A stretch of DNA of 64,000 nt from an uncultured Rhodobacteraceae bacterium (GCA_913041815.1 CAJWJE010000002.1:13944-77943), one strand, 5' to 3'. Positions 30,059 through 40,778 are shown, counted from the first letter of the stretch. Numbers and translations are program-made. Notes: generated by a model from the letters alone, not told the origin.

Positions 30059-30742
30059 TTACACCCCAGCAATTTCAGGAATCCCAGTTAGATCTCGCAA
30101 TTGATGGCGCGGAGTCCATGGCAGGCGATCCACCGGCTCATCTGCTCGGTTGACCCAAGCGGTCGCGAAACCATATCCCGCCGCCGCCGCCGCATCCCAA
30201 CCATTGGAAGAGACAAAAAGCACCTCCCCGACCTTACATCCGAAATGGGCACCAACCAAGTCATAAACCCGGCTGTCTGGCTTGAATACGCCGACAATGT
30301 TGACCGACAAGATCGCATCCAGCCGATCAGTAAGCCCGGCAGATACAACCGCGCCATCCAACATATCAAGCGAACCATTGGACAATATGGCCGTATTGAG
30401 CCCTGCGGTTTTGAGCGCCGCCAGCATGGCCGGCACTTCCTCATAGGCCGCAAGGCTCCAATAAAGATCCAGCAGGTCTTTGCGCAGGCGCGCGTCCCGA
30501 AGCCCATTGGCCTCCATGGCCCAATCAAGCCCATCTTGGGTGACCTGCCAAAAATCAGTATGAGCCCCCATAACCGCCCGCAACCAACTGTATTGCAGCT
30601 GTTTTTGACGCCAGTCGCCAGACAATTTGGCCCAATTTTCTGCTATTTCAGAATTTTCCGGGCGGCTGGCAGCTTGGCGGGCGGCAGAGGCCACATCGAA
30701 CAAAGTCCCATAAGCGTCGAAGACGCAGGTTGTGATAGCCAT
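30059..30742 (-). CDS. Haloacid dehalogenase, type II
   Basis: FDAYGTLFDV nucleophile motif, SNG, and a C-terminal VSSN.WD..GA pattern. Start set at the second ATG (30742), which follows GGAGG. Confidence 0.8.
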   Translation of the reverse strand: MAITTCVFDAYGTLFDVASAARQAASRPENSEIAENWAKLSGDWRQKQLQYSWLRAVMGAHTDFWQVTQDGLDWAMEANGLRDARLRKDLLDLYWSLAAYEEVPAMLAALKTAGLNTAILSNGSLDMLDGAVVSAGLTDRLDAILSVNIVGVFKPDSRVYDLVGAHFGCKVGEVLFVSSNGWDAAAAAGYGFATAWVNRADEPVDRLPWTPRHQLRDLTGIPEIAGV

Positions 30743-30799
30743 AGAATCCTCCATAAGATGCGCTAAACGATAACGACAAACGGCGAAAGGGGAAGAGAC

Positions 30800-31597
30800 T
30801 TGCAGGTCTTCAACAAATCAGGAATGCATATTCACTACCGTGACGAGGGCGACCCGCAGGGCGCTCCGTTGGTCTTTTCCAACTCATTGGGCACGGATAT
30901 GCGGCTGTGGGATCAAATCATGCCCTTACTGCCGGGCGGGCTGCGCATCATTCGTTATGATATGCGCGGGCACGGTCTCAGCGATTGTCCAGCGGCGCCC
31001 TATTCCATGGGTGCCCTGATCAGTGATGCTGAGGCGCTTCTCGACCATTTGAAGATTACATCCTGCCTCTTTGTCGGCCTGTCCATCGGCGGCATGGTTG
31101 CGCAGGGTCTGGCTCGCAAAAGGCTGGATTTGATCCGTGCCATGGTTTTGTCAAACACTGCGGCAAAAATCGCCACTAAGGATATTTGGCAAGACCGGAT
31201 TGATAGCATCCTAAGAGATGGCATGGGTCCGGTGGCCGATGCCACGATGCAGCGGTGGTTTAGTCCGGACATGTACGGCACGCAGGAGATGGCGCCCTGG
31301 GCCAATATGCTGCGGGCCACCCGTGAGGAGGGCTATATCGGCTGCGCCCATGCGATTTCTGGAACTGATTTCATCACCACGACCTCGACCTTGCGCCTGC
31401 CCGTCATGGGCATCGCCGGTGACCACGACAGTTCGACCCCGCCCGATTTGGTGCGCGAAACCCTAGATCTCATCCCGGGCAGCAGCTTTCATATCATCCG
31501 CGGTGCGGGACATCTGCCCTGCGTCGAACGGCCAGTGCATTTTGCACAGCTCTTAGGCGATTTTTTGCAGGCAACCGGACATATCTCATCAATCTAG
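30800..31597 (+). CDS. Alpha/beta hydrolase, 3-oxoadipate enol-lactonase-like
   Basis: FSNSLGTD..LWD and RYD.RGHG.S motifs, nucleophile elbow GLSIGG, and C-terminal AGHL. The track start is TTG; an ATG at 30824 is an alternative. Confidence 0.75.
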   Translation: MQVFNKSGMHIHYRDEGDPQGAPLVFSNSLGTDMRLWDQIMPLLPGGLRIIRYDMRGHGLSDCPAAPYSMGALISDAEALLDHLKITSCLFVGLSIGGMVAQGLARKRLDLIRAMVLSNTAAKIATKDIWQDRIDSILRDGMGPVADATMQRWFSPDMYGTQEMAPWANMLRATREEGYIGCAHAISGTDFITTTSTLRLPVMGIAGDHDSSTPPDLVRETLDLIPGSSFHIIRGAGHLPCVERPVHFAQLLGDFLQATGHISSI

Positions 31598-31607
31598 GAT
31601 CCTTGGT

Positions 31608-32834
31608 ATGAACAAACCCCTGGCCTTCACTTTCATCATTGTCACCCTGACAATTGATGCCATGGGCATCGGCCTGATCATTCCTGTTATGCCGGATCTG
31701 CTGCAAAACATTGAAGGGGGAGATCTCGGCCATGCGGCCATTTGGGGGGGGATTTTGTCCATGATCTTCGCCTTGATGCAATTTCTTTTTGGTCCAACCA
31801 TCGGCTCGCTCAGTGACAGATTCGGCCGCCGGCCGGTGCTGTTGGTCTCATTGCTGGTCATTGCCGTCGATTATGTCGTTATGGGGATGGCCCATTCGAT
31901 CTGGCTTCTGGTCCTGACCCGCGTCATTGGCGGCATCGCCGCCGCCACCCAAGCCACCGCCGCAGCTTTCATCTCGGACATCTCCACCGCCGACAATCGC
32001 TCCGCCAACTTCGGTATTTTGGGCGCCTCCTTCGGTGTTGGCTTCGTGCTAGGACCGTTGATCGGCGGTCTTTTGGGCGAATACGGGTTCCGCGTCCCGT
32101 TTTTCGCTGCCGCCGGGCTCGCCTGCCTCAACCTCGTGTTGGGCTATTTTGTGTTGCCAGAAACCGTCAGCAAAATCCTGCGTCGCAGATTTGATCCGGC
32201 CCGAGCCAATCCTTTGGGCGCGCTGGTGCAGATCCGTAAAATTCCCGGCTTGGCTCGATTCTTACTGGTATTTTTTCTTTATGAGTTTGCATTTTATTCT
32301 TATCCCGCAATTTGGGTGTATTACGCCAAAGCACAATTCAATTGGGACCCCGGAATGGTCGGCCTGTCCTTGGCCTCTTTCGGCATATCGGTTGCCATCG
32401 TTGAGGGTTTGTTGATTCGCCGAATCCTGCCCTGGCTCGGCGAAAGGCGCACCATCATCATTGGCTTTATGTTCAATATCGCCATGTTTGCCGCTTTGGG
32501 TTTTCTCACCTCAGGGTTCTGGGCGCTTATCATCGCGCCCTTTTCCGCGCTTGGCTCGATCGTGGTCCCGGCCATGCGTGGCATCATGGCCAATAAGGCG
32601 GCCGCCAACCAGCAAGGAGAAGTTCAGGGAATCATCGCCTCAACCCAATCTCTGGCGGTCATTTTCGCCCCATTGGTGCTGACCTATGTCTTTTACATCG
32701 CCACACGTCCAAACGGGCCAGTCTTTCTGCCGGGCGCGCCGTTTCTTTTGGCCGCAGCCGTGGTGGCACTCACGCTCATCCTCTTTGCAACCCGGCCACG
32801 CGGAAGCATCTCTGGACAAAATTCACCCCCTTAA
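31608..32834 (+). CDS. MFS transporter (TetA/TCR-like drug:H+ antiporter type)
   Basis: G.LSDRFGRRPVLL motif A between TM2 and TM3, with about 12 TM helices. Confidence 0.8.
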   Translation: MNKPLAFTFIIVTLTIDAMGIGLIIPVMPDLLQNIEGGDLGHAAIWGGILSMIFALMQFLFGPTIGSLSDRFGRRPVLLVSLLVIAVDYVVMGMAHSIWLLVLTRVIGGIAAATQATAAAFISDISTADNRSANFGILGASFGVGFVLGPLIGGLLGEYGFRVPFFAAAGLACLNLVLGYFVLPETVSKILRRRFDPARANPLGALVQIRKIPGLARFLLVFFLYEFAFYSYPAIWVYYAKAQFNWDPGMVGLSLASFGISVAIVEGLLIRRILPWLGERRTIIIGFMFNIAMFAALGFLTSGFWALIIAPFSALGSIVVPAMRGIMANKAAANQQGEVQGIIASTQSLAVIFAPLVLTYVFYIATRPNGPVFLPGAPFLLAAAVVALTLILFATRPRGSISGQNSPP

Positions 32835-32903
32835 ATGTCGCAAAACCTCTTGCAGCTTTAGCAACAGGCCTTAGCCTCGGGGTACTATTTCAATGGAGCC
32901 AAA

Positions 32904-33989
32904 ATGACCCGTATCAAAGCCGCCGTCGCCCGTGCCTTTGGCCAGCCTCTTTCCATCGAAGAGGTCGAACTGGCGCGGCCCAAATCTGGTGAAGTTGAGG
33001 TGACCCTCGACGCCTGCGCCATTTGCCACTCGGACATCACCTATTTGGACGGCGGCTGGGGTGGTTCGCTGCCTGCGGTCTATGGCCATGAGGCGGCGGG
33101 ACGCATATCGCGCCTTGGCGATGGGGTCACGGGGCTGAGGCCAGGCGATGCGGTTGTGGTCACCTTAATTCGCTCTTGTGGCACTTGCCCCTCCTGCTGC
33201 ACAGGCCGGCCCACAGGTTGTGAAACCGCCTATGACGGAGACAAGGGCCCGCTGTCCATGCCGGATGGCAGCAAGTTACATCAAGCCATGGCAAGCGGTG
33301 CCTTTGCCGAGCGCGTCGTTGTTGCGCAAACTCAGGTCGTGAAAATTGGCGATGATATCCCAATGGATGTGGCCTCTCTCATCGCCTGCGGTGTGATCAC
33401 AGGCGTGGGCGCGGTGGTCAATGCCGCTCAAATGCGCGCCGGCCAAGATGCGGTCGTGATCGGCGCGGGCGGCGTTGGCCTAAACGCCATCCAGGGCGCG
33501 CGGATCGTGGGCGCCCGGCGGATTGTCGCTGTGGATATGCTGCCTGAGAAGCTCGATATAGCAATGGAATTTGGCGCAACCCACGGGGTTTTGGCCACGG
33601 GCGATGCGCCTTGGGTTGAAGCGCAAGAGGCGCTGGGCCGCGGCGCAGATGCGGTTTTTGTGACAGTGGGTGCCGCTGGTGCCTATACCACCGCACCCAA
33701 TTATCTCGCCAGCGGCGGCAAGGTCATCATGGTGGGCATGCCCGCCACAGGCGCCGCCTCCTCCTTTGAGGCCGGAAATCTTGCAGCGGCCTCGCAGGCG
33801 ATGATCGGCTCCAAAATGGGGGATGTGGTGATCCAACGCGATGTCCCGTGGATCGTGGACCTCTACCGTCAAGGCCGCCTAAAGCTTGACGAGTTGATCT
33901 CAGCCCATTGGCGTCTTGAGCAAATCAATGAGGCCATAGCAGATACAAAAACTGGATCTGCAAAGCGGAATGTGATCCTGTTCAAATAG
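32904..33989 (+). CDS. Zinc-dependent alcohol dehydrogenase family oxidoreductase
   Basis: C.ICHSD, GHEAAG and the structural-zinc Cys cluster C..C..C.......C, plus a GAGGVG Rossmann motif. Confidence 0.85.
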   Translation: MTRIKAAVARAFGQPLSIEEVELARPKSGEVEVTLDACAICHSDITYLDGGWGGSLPAVYGHEAAGRISRLGDGVTGLRPGDAVVVTLIRSCGTCPSCCTGRPTGCETAYDGDKGPLSMPDGSKLHQAMASGAFAERVVVAQTQVVKIGDDIPMDVASLIACGVITGVGAVVNAAQMRAGQDAVVIGAGGVGLNAIQGARIVGARRIVAVDMLPEKLDIAMEFGATHGVLATGDAPWVEAQEALGRGADAVFVTVGAAGAYTTAPNYLASGGKVIMVGMPATGAASSFEAGNLAAASQAMIGSKMGDVVIQRDVPWIVDLYRQGRLKLDELISAHWRLEQINEAIADTKTGSAKRNVILFK

Positions 33990-34047
33990 ACCGACACAGC
34001 GCTCAAACCTGCCACAGGGCGGCGCAGATAGATAGTGGAACATTGAT

Positions 34048-35289
34048 ATGAAACTGCAAGATCTTGAAGTGATCGTCACCGCCCCACCTGCCCCGGGCTG
34101 GGGAGGGCGTTATTGGATCTTTGTAAAGCTCACCACTGACACGGGGGTGACCGGTATCGGGGAGTGCTATGCCAGCAGCCTGGGACCGACCACGATGACC
34201 CATGTCATTCATGATGTCTTTGAGCGGCATATGCAGGGGCAAAACCCAGAAGATGTCGAACTGATGTTTCGCCGTGCCTATTCAAGCGGCTTTACCCAAA
34301 GGCCCGATTTGACAGTCATGGGCGCATTTTCAGGGCTCGAGATTGCCTGTTGGGATATTCTGGGCAAGGATCGCGACCGTCCGGTCTGGGCGCTTTTGGG
34401 CGGTAAAATGAATGAGCGCATTCGGGCCTATTCTTACCTCTACCCACTCCCGCACCACGACATGAACAATTTTTGGGGCAATGCCGATCAAACGGCGGAT
34501 GCTGCGACGGCGGCCCTGGCCAAAGGTTACACGGCGGTGAAATTCGACCCCGCCGGCCCCTATACTTTGCGCGGTGGCCATATGCCGGCTATGTCTGATA
34601 TCAACCAATCTGTTGCTTTTTGCAGTGCCATCCGCGAGGCCGTGAGCGACAAAGCCGATTTATTGTTTGGCACACACGGTCAGTTTTCAACCGCAGGGGC
34701 CATTCGGTTGGGCGCGGCGCTGGAGCGGTTTTCACCGCTTTGGTTTGAAGAACCCATCCCACCCGACAATATCGCTGAGATGGCCAAGGTGGCCCGCGCC
34801 GTCACCACGCCGATCGCCACAGGGGAGCGCTTGACCACCAAAGCTGAATTTGCAGAGGTCTTGCGTCAAGGGGCCGCTACGATCTTACAGCCTGCTTTGG
34901 GACGGTCGGGCGGCATTTGGGAAACCAAGAAAATCGCTGCGATTGCGGAGGTCTATAATGCGCAAATGGCGCCACATCTCTATGCCGGTCCTGTGGAATG
35001 GGCCGCCAATATCCATCTGTCAGTGTCGATTCCCAACACATTAATTGCCGAAACCATTGAAACCCCCTTCCATGAAGATTTGATCAAAGGTTCGATCCAA
35101 GTTGAAAATGGGTTCATCACAGCGCCCAGCGCTCCGGGTCTTGGCATTGAGTTTGACGAGGCCCTCGCCCGGGCTCACCCCTACCACGATGACGGGCAAC
35201 ACCTACATCTGCAGATGCAAGAGGCGCCCTGTAATTACCAAAATGGCAATCTATTCCTCGGAGGTGCGCCGCCAAAACCCCTGGACTAA
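34048..35289 (+). CDS. Enolase-superfamily enzyme (mandelate racemase/muconate lactonising family; acid-sugar dehydratase-like)
   Basis: N-terminal capping domain (VKL.TD.G..GIGE), then KFDP and a barrel with WFEEP...D and ATGER motifs. Confidence 0.85.
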   Translation: MKLQDLEVIVTAPPAPGWGGRYWIFVKLTTDTGVTGIGECYASSLGPTTMTHVIHDVFERHMQGQNPEDVELMFRRAYSSGFTQRPDLTVMGAFSGLEIACWDILGKDRDRPVWALLGGKMNERIRAYSYLYPLPHHDMNNFWGNADQTADAATAALAKGYTAVKFDPAGPYTLRGGHMPAMSDINQSVAFCSAIREAVSDKADLLFGTHGQFSTAGAIRLGAALERFSPLWFEEPIPPDNIAEMAKVARAVTTPIATGERLTTKAEFAEVLRQGAATILQPALGRSGGIWETKKIAAIAEVYNAQMAPHLYAGPVEWAANIHLSVSIPNTLIAETIETPFHEDLIKGSIQVENGFITAPSAPGLGIEFDEALARAHPYHDDGQHLHLQMQEAPCNYQNGNLFLGGAPPKPLD

Positions 35290-35333
35290 CGCGGGGCGCA
35301 GGCCACCTCGCCCAGCGGGCTAACTGCTCATTT

Positions 35334-35666
35334 TCAAGCCTTCGGGGTCGTAAAGCGGTGCGGATTGCACCTCGGCACATAGCCCATGGCCATGGAACGA
35401 CCGATATGATTGGCAAAGCCGCCGGACGAGATATAGCCAACGGCCGCACCCTTATGCAGGATCGCCTCATCATTGGACACATCGATCCCCTTAAGCTCAA
35501 GTGTCGAGGTGACCAAGCGCTTGGCCGGTTGTTTCCTCGCTAAAGCGACAGATTTGTCGATGAACTCTTTGTTCCAATTGATGGACCCATTAAGACCGGC
35601 TTCAGCGACGGTAAATCGGGCCTGAAATAGAGGCCCCAAGCGCTGCAGTACCATTTCCCGCCTCAT
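35334..35666 (-). pseudogene. Remnant of a GcvT/aminomethyltransferase-family gene (C-terminal barrel only)
   Basis: The 110-aa ORF carries only the ...EAGL....W.K.FI.K.A......KRLV...L...... G..VG..SSGG....IG.S.AMGYVP segment. This normally ends a GcvT-fold domain of 370-800 aa. No upstream coding sequence is present, and the C-terminal tail has diverged. Confidence 0.5.
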
Positions 35667-35884
35667 TGTTTGCCGCGCCCGTACTCCGGTGGTTGATTTT
35701 CGTTACACCATATCCGCTCCGCTTTGCTGATCGACGCTATCCTAGGCAAATGTGTCCTACCGCAGCAGCACCATTGACGACGAAACCATGTCAAAAACCC
35801 AAGGTTTTGCTCCGATATCGGCGGCGCCGATATGTCTTTGCAATCTGCAGCTCATAGACTACCAATGTGGTAAGGAGACAAAGT

Positions 35885-36289
35885 ATGACCCAAGTGATTA
35901 CAACATCTGTCAAAGACTTGGTGGCCGCAGCCAACGCAGAAGTCACCACCCTTACTGTAGAAAAGGCCCAGGCACTGATTGACAGCCCAGACCATGTGAT
36001 TGTGGATCTGCGTGACATCCGCGAGCTGCAACGCACAGGTAAGATTCCAGGCGCTTTTTCCTGCCCACGCGGGATGCTAGAGTTTTGGATTGATCCAGCC
36101 AGCCCCTACCATAAAGAGATTTTCAACCAAGATAAGACCTATATATTCTACTGTGCCAGCGCCTGGCGTTCAGCCCTAAGTGCCAAAATGGCGCAAGATA
36201 TGGGACTGGCACCGGTGGCCCATATTTCTGGCGGCTTTACCGCGTGGCTCAAAGCCGATGGACCCGTTGAGGCGCTACCGCAAAAGTAA
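35885..36289 (+). CDS. Rhodanese-domain sulfurtransferase
   Basis: Active-site loop YCASAWRS and a DLR...E....G.IPGA pattern. Start set at the ATG at 35885 after AAGGAG. Confidence 0.8.
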   Translation: MTQVITTSVKDLVAAANAEVTTLTVEKAQALIDSPDHVIVDLRDIRELQRTGKIPGAFSCPRGMLEFWIDPASPYHKEIFNQDKTYIFYCASAWRSALSAKMAQDMGLAPVAHISGGFTAWLKADGPVEALPQK

Positions 36290-36302
36290 CTTACCCGCAC
36301 CT

Positions 36303-36346
36303 TTGACAACGATTTTTAGATTTAACCCATAATCGGTGACATTATG
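36303..36346 (+). promoter_or_regulatory. Possible gcvT promoter with overlapping inverted repeat
   Basis: TTGACA (36303-36308), a 19-nt spacer, then CATAAT (36328-33). The -10-like hexamer is the left arm of the inverted repeat CATAAT-N7-ATTATG (36328-36346). The spacer is longer than optimal. Confidence 0.3.
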
Positions 36347-36426
36347 TATCTTGAAATGCATTAAATAAATCGTATAACGAAAAAAAGTTTCCGATAATAG
36401 AAAAATGTTCATAAACGGGGAATCTT

Positions 36427-37524
36427 ATGAGCGACACACCCAAACGCACCGCGTTATATGATCTTCACTGCGCCTTGGGCGGCAAAATGGTTGATTTCGC
36501 TGGATGGGAAATGCCCGTGCAGTATCCTGTAGGAATTATGGGTGAACATCAGCACTGCCGCAACAAAGCCGCCTTATTTGACGTGAGCCACATGGGGCAA
36601 GTCCTGTTGCATGGCCCCAATGCAGCGGAAAAATTGGAAGCCTTAGTTCCAGCCGCTTTGAGCACATTGCCCGAAGGCAAAGCACGCTACACATTCTTCA
36701 CCAATGAGACTGGCGGCATTATAGATGACCTGATCGTTTCCAATGCGGGCGATTATTTGTTCTTGGTGGTCAATGCCTCTATGCGCGCTCAAGATATCCC
36801 GCACATGAAAGCCCATCTTAAAGACATTGAGGTTACAGAAATTTTCAACCGTTCCCTCATTGCGGTGCAAGGCCCCTCAGCGCAGGATGTGGTGGCCAGG
36901 CATTGTCCGCAGGTGGCTGAATTGAACTTTATGCAAACTTGTGAGGCGCTGATCGATGACACGCTCTGCCGAATTTCGCGCTTGGGCTACACCGGCGAAG
37001 ATGGCTATGAAATTTCTATCCCAGAAGCCGATGCCGAGCGGATTACACGGTTGATGCTGGATCATCCTGACTGCGCGCCCGCCGGGCTTGGAGCCCGCGA
37101 CAGCTTGCGCCTTGAGGCAGGATTATGCCTTTACGGCAACGACATAACCCCGGAGACATCTCCGATTGAAGCCGGTCTGAGCTGGGCCATTCAAAAACGT
37201 CGCCGCAAACAAGGTGGATTTCCCGGTGCGGCGCGTATCATGGCAGAGTTGGAACATGGCGCGGCGCGCAAATTGGTTGGCATCATGCCGCAGGGCCGCG
37301 CCCCAGCTCGCGCAGGGGTTGAAATTCATGACCTCAACGGTAATGCCATAGGGGAAATCACTTCGGGTGGTTTCAGCCCAACCGTCCAACGGCCGGTTGC
37401 TATGGGCTATGTTCAGGCCGATCACAGCACGCCCGGACAAGAGCTGCACTTGATCATCCGCGGCAAACCGCAGCCCGCCAAGGTCTGCGCCCTGCCCTTC
37501 GTTCCTCAAAACTACAAACGCTAA
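36427..37524 (+). CDS. gcvT: Glycine cleavage system aminomethyltransferase T
   Basis: T.LYD.H...G.KMV.FAGW.MPVQY, FDVSHMG and GYTGEDG.EI motifs. Confidence 0.95.
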   Translation: MSDTPKRTALYDLHCALGGKMVDFAGWEMPVQYPVGIMGEHQHCRNKAALFDVSHMGQVLLHGPNAAEKLEALVPAALSTLPEGKARYTFFTNETGGIIDDLIVSNAGDYLFLVVNASMRAQDIPHMKAHLKDIEVTEIFNRSLIAVQGPSAQDVVARHCPQVAELNFMQTCEALIDDTLCRISRLGYTGEDGYEISIPEADAERITRLMLDHPDCAPAGLGARDSLRLEAGLCLYGNDITPETSPIEAGLSWAIQKRRRKQGGFPGAARIMAELEHGAARKLVGIMPQGRAPARAGVEIHDLNGNAIGEITSGGFSPTVQRPVAMGYVQADHSTPGQELHLIIRGKPQPAKVCALPFVPQNYKR

Positions 37525-37537
37525 ACAGGAGACCCCA

Positions 37538-37903
37538 ATGACGACTTACTATTCTGAAGAACACGAATGGATCACGGTTGAAGGCGACACCGCCACCATC
37601 GGCATCACGGCCCATGCCGCTCAGCAATTGGGCGATATCGTCTTTGTAGACCAAAAAGAAGATGGCGATGAATTTGAAAGCGGCGATGAAATCGGTGTGA
37701 TTGAATCGGTGAAAGCGGCCTCTGAAATTTTTGCCCCCGTGGATGGGGAGATCATTGAAGCCAACGAGCTATTGCAAAGCAACCCGGCCGCCCTAAACGA
37801 AAATCCTGAAGCCGATGCTTGGATTTACAAAATAAAACTCTCCGACCCTTCCCAGCTCGAAGGGCTGATGGATTTGGCCGGTTACAAGACCTTCATCGCT
37901 TAA
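37538..37903 (+). CDS. gcvH: Glycine cleavage system H protein
   Basis: Y..EHEW and the lipoyl-lysine motif ESVKAAS. Confidence 0.95.
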   Translation: MTTYYSEEHEWITVEGDTATIGITAHAAQQLGDIVFVDQKEDGDEFESGDEIGVIESVKAASEIFAPVDGEIIEANELLQSNPAALNENPEADAWIYKIKLSDPSQLEGLMDLAGYKTFIA

Positions 37904-37931
37904 CCACAGACTTAAAAGCGGAGCTACGCGC

Positions 37932-40778
37932 ATGCCCTTTGAACTGACCACTTATGAAGCCTATGATTTCGCCAACCGTCGACACATCGGCCCATCCCCC
38001 TCCGAGATGGAAGAAATGCTGCGCACCATTGGCTTTGACAGTCTTGATGCGTTGATTGATGCGACCGTGCCAAAGGCCATCCGCCAAAAGGCTGCGCTCG
38101 ATTTTGGCCCAGCCATGTCAGAGCGCGATGCGCTGCATCATATGAAACAAGTGGCCAGTAAGAACCAAGTCCTGACCTCGCTGATTGGTCAGGGCTATCA
38201 TGGCACCACCACGCCAGCGCCGATCCTGCGCAATATCTTGGAAAATCCTGCTTGGTACACCGCCTACACGCCCTATCAGCCAGAAATTTCGCAAGGGCGG
38301 CTTGAAGCTTTGCTGAATTACCAAACCATGGTCAGCGATCTCACCGGGCTGGATATTGCCAACGCCTCTTTGCTCGATGAGAGCACAGCGGCCGCAGAGG
38401 CGATGACCATGGCGATGCGCTCTGCCAAGTCAAAATCACAAACCTTCTTTGTTGATGAGAATTGCCATCCGCAAAATATCGCTGTGATTCAAACCCGTGC
38501 GGAGCCTTTGGGGATCGAAGTTGTTGTGGGTTGCCCAGATGACTTGGATGCCAGCGCAGTATTTGGCGCCATATTCCAATATCCCGGCACCTATGGCCAT
38601 GTGCGCGATTTTACATCGCAAATTTCGGCCCTACATGCGCACAAAGCCTTAGCCATTATTGCGGCCGATCCGCTGTCTTTGGCATTGCTCAAAAGCCCCG
38701 GCGAGATGGGCGCGGATATCGCCATTGGCTCCACGCAGCGCTTTGGCGTGCCCATGGGCTATGGTGGACCGCATGCGGCCTATATGGCCACGCGGGATGC
38801 ATTCAAACGCTCGATGCCCGGCCGGATCATCGGCGTCTCAGTCGACAGCCGCGGCAATAAAGCGCTGCGCCTGGCGCTGCAAACCCGCGAGCAGCACATT
38901 CGCCGCGAAAAAGCCAATTCAAATGTGTGTACCGCCCAGGCGCTTTTGGCTGTGATTGCCTCCATGTATGCGGTCTATCATGGGCCGGACGGTATCAAAG
39001 CCATTGCACAATCCGTACACCGAAAAACCAGCCGCCTGGCCAAAGGGCTGGAGGCCATGGGCTTTGATGTACAACCTGAGGTCTTCTTTGACACGATCAC
39101 CGTGAAGGTTGGCAATCTTCAGGGGGTCATCCTTCAGGCCGCAGTCGCCAATGGCATCAACCTGCGCAAAATTGACTCGGACCGTGTCGGTATCAGCCTT
39201 GATGAGCAAACCCGCCCAGAAACCATTGAGGCCGTTTGGCGCGCCTTTGGCGGCGATATGAAAGATGACAGCAAGGCCAATCGCGCCTACCGTCTGCCCG
39301 CATCCATGCTGCGCGACAGCGCCTATCTCACCCATCCCATTTTCCACCTTAACCGCGCCGAGGCCGAAATTACGCGCTATATGCGCCGCCTTGCTGACCG
39401 CGATTTGGCGCTGGACCGGGCTATGATCCCACTGGGCAGCTGCACGATGAAGCTGAATGCCACCATTGAGATGATCCCGGTGACTTGGCCAGAATTTGCC
39501 AATCTACACCCGTTCGTGCCGGTCGATCAAGCGCGCGGCTATCATGAGATGTTTGCAGATCTAAATGCCAAGCTGTGCGACATCACTGGCTATGACGCCA
39601 TCAGCCAGCAGCCCAATTCAGGCGCGCAGGGTGAATATGCCGGCCTGTTGACAATCCGCAAATACCACGCGGCCAATGGGCAAGCGCATCGCAATGTGTG
39701 CTTGATCCCCACATCCGCCCATGGAACCAACCCGGCCTCCGCACAAATGGTTGGCTATAAGGTTGTTGTGGTTGGATCGGATGCCGATGGCAATATCGAC
39801 GTCGCCGATTTCCGTGCCAAGGCCGAGCTGCACAAAGATGCCTTGGCCGCCTGTATGATCACCTATCCCTCGACCCATGGGGTCTTTGAGGAAACTGTCC
39901 AAGAAGTGTGTAAAATTACCCATGACTGCGGCGGTCAGGTCTATATTGATGGGGCCAACATGAATGCCATGGTCGGCCTGTCGCGTCCTGGCGATATTGG
40001 CGGCGATGTCTCACACCTCAATCTGCACAAGACCTTCTGTATTCCCCATGGCGGTGGCGGGCCGGGCATGGGCCCCATCGGGGTAAAAGCCCATTTGGCC
40101 GCGCATTTACCCGGTCACCCAGAACATGGCGGCGACGTCGGGCCCGTGTCCGCTGCGCCGTTTGGATCTCCCTCCATTCTGCCGGTGAGCTGGGCCTATA
40201 TCCTGCTAATGGGCGGTGAGGGTCTCACCCAAGCGACGAAAGTGGCTATTTTGAACGCCAATTACATAGCTGCGCGTCTCAGCGGCGCCTATGATATTCT
40301 CTATACCTCCCAAATCGGGCGGGTGGCGCATGAATGTATCATCGACACAAGACCACTCAACGAGGCGGCAGATGTCACTGTAGATGATTGCGCCAAACGC
40401 CTAATGGATAGTGGTTTTCATGCACCCACCATGAGCTGGCCGGTCGCAGGCACTTTGATGGTCGAACCGACGGAATCCGAGCCCAAGGCTGAGTTGGATC
40501 GCTTCTGTGACGCCATGCTCTCGATCAGAACGGAAGCACAGGAGATTATTGATGGCACAATGGATCGCGTCAATAACCCACTGAAAAACGCACCCCATAC
40601 GGTTACGGATTTGATCGAAACCTGGGACCGGCCCTATAGCCGCGAGCAGGCTTGCTATCCCGCGGGCGCTATGCGGGGCGACAAATATTGGGTGCCTGTG
40701 AACCGTGTGGACAATGTGCATGGTGATCGCCACCTGATCTGCACCTGCCCGCCTTTGGAGGCCTATGAAGAGGCCTGA
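37932..40778 (+). CDS. gcvP: Glycine dehydrogenase (decarboxylating), single-chain P protein
   Basis: 948 aa with [20 protein letters not shown] and the PLP site [16 protein letters not shown]. Confidence 0.97.
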   Translation: MPFELTTYEAYDFANRRHIGPSPSEMEEMLRTIGFDSLDALIDATVPKAIRQKAALDFGPAMSERDALHHMKQVASKNQVLTSLIGQGYHGTTTPAPILRNILENPAWYTAYTPYQPEISQGRLEALLNYQTMVSDLTGLDIANASLLDESTAAAEAMTMAMRSAKSKSQTFFVDENCHPQNIAVIQTRAEPLGIEVVVGCPDDLDASAVFGAIFQYPGTYGHVRDFTSQISALHAHKALAIIAADPLSLALLKSPGEMGADIAIGSTQRFGVPMGYGGPHAAYMATRDAFKRSMPGRIIGVSVDSRGNKALRLALQTREQHIRREKANSNVCTAQALLAVIASMYAVYHGPDGIKAIAQSVHRKTSRLAKGLEAMGFDVQPEVFFDTITVKVGNLQGVILQAAVANGINLRKIDSDRVGISLDEQTRPETIEAVWRAFGGDMKDDSKANRAYRLPASMLRDSAYLTHPIFHLNRAEAEITRYMRRLADRDLALDRAMIPLGSCTMKLNATIEMIPVTWPEFANLHPFVPVDQARGYHEMFADLNAKLCDITGYDAISQQPNSGAQGEYAGLLTIRKYHAANGQAHRNVCLIPTSAHGTNPASAQMVGYKVVVVGSDADGNIDVADFRAKAELHKDALAACMITYPSTHGVFEETVQEVCKITHDCGGQVYIDGANMNAMVGLSRPGDIGGDVSHLNLHKTFCIPHGGGGPGMGPIGVKAHLAAHLPGHPEHGGDVGPVSAAPFGSPSILPVSWAYILLMGGEGLTQATKVAILNANYIAARLSGAYDILYTSQIGRVAHECIIDTRPLNEAADVTVDDCAKRLMDSGFHAPTMSWPVAGTLMVEPTESEPKAELDRFCDAMLSIRTEAQEIIDGTMDRVNNPLKNAPHTVTDLIETWDRPYSREQACYPAGAMRGDKYWVPVNRVDNVHGDRHLICTCPPLEAYEEA

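Noticed and set aside
36290-36426. A glycine riboswitch, expected upstream of gcvT.
   Set aside because: I read both strands and found no GGAGAG...CACCG/ACCGAAGGGGCAA-type conserved cores and no tandem aptamer architecture. The region is AT-rich and promoter-like.
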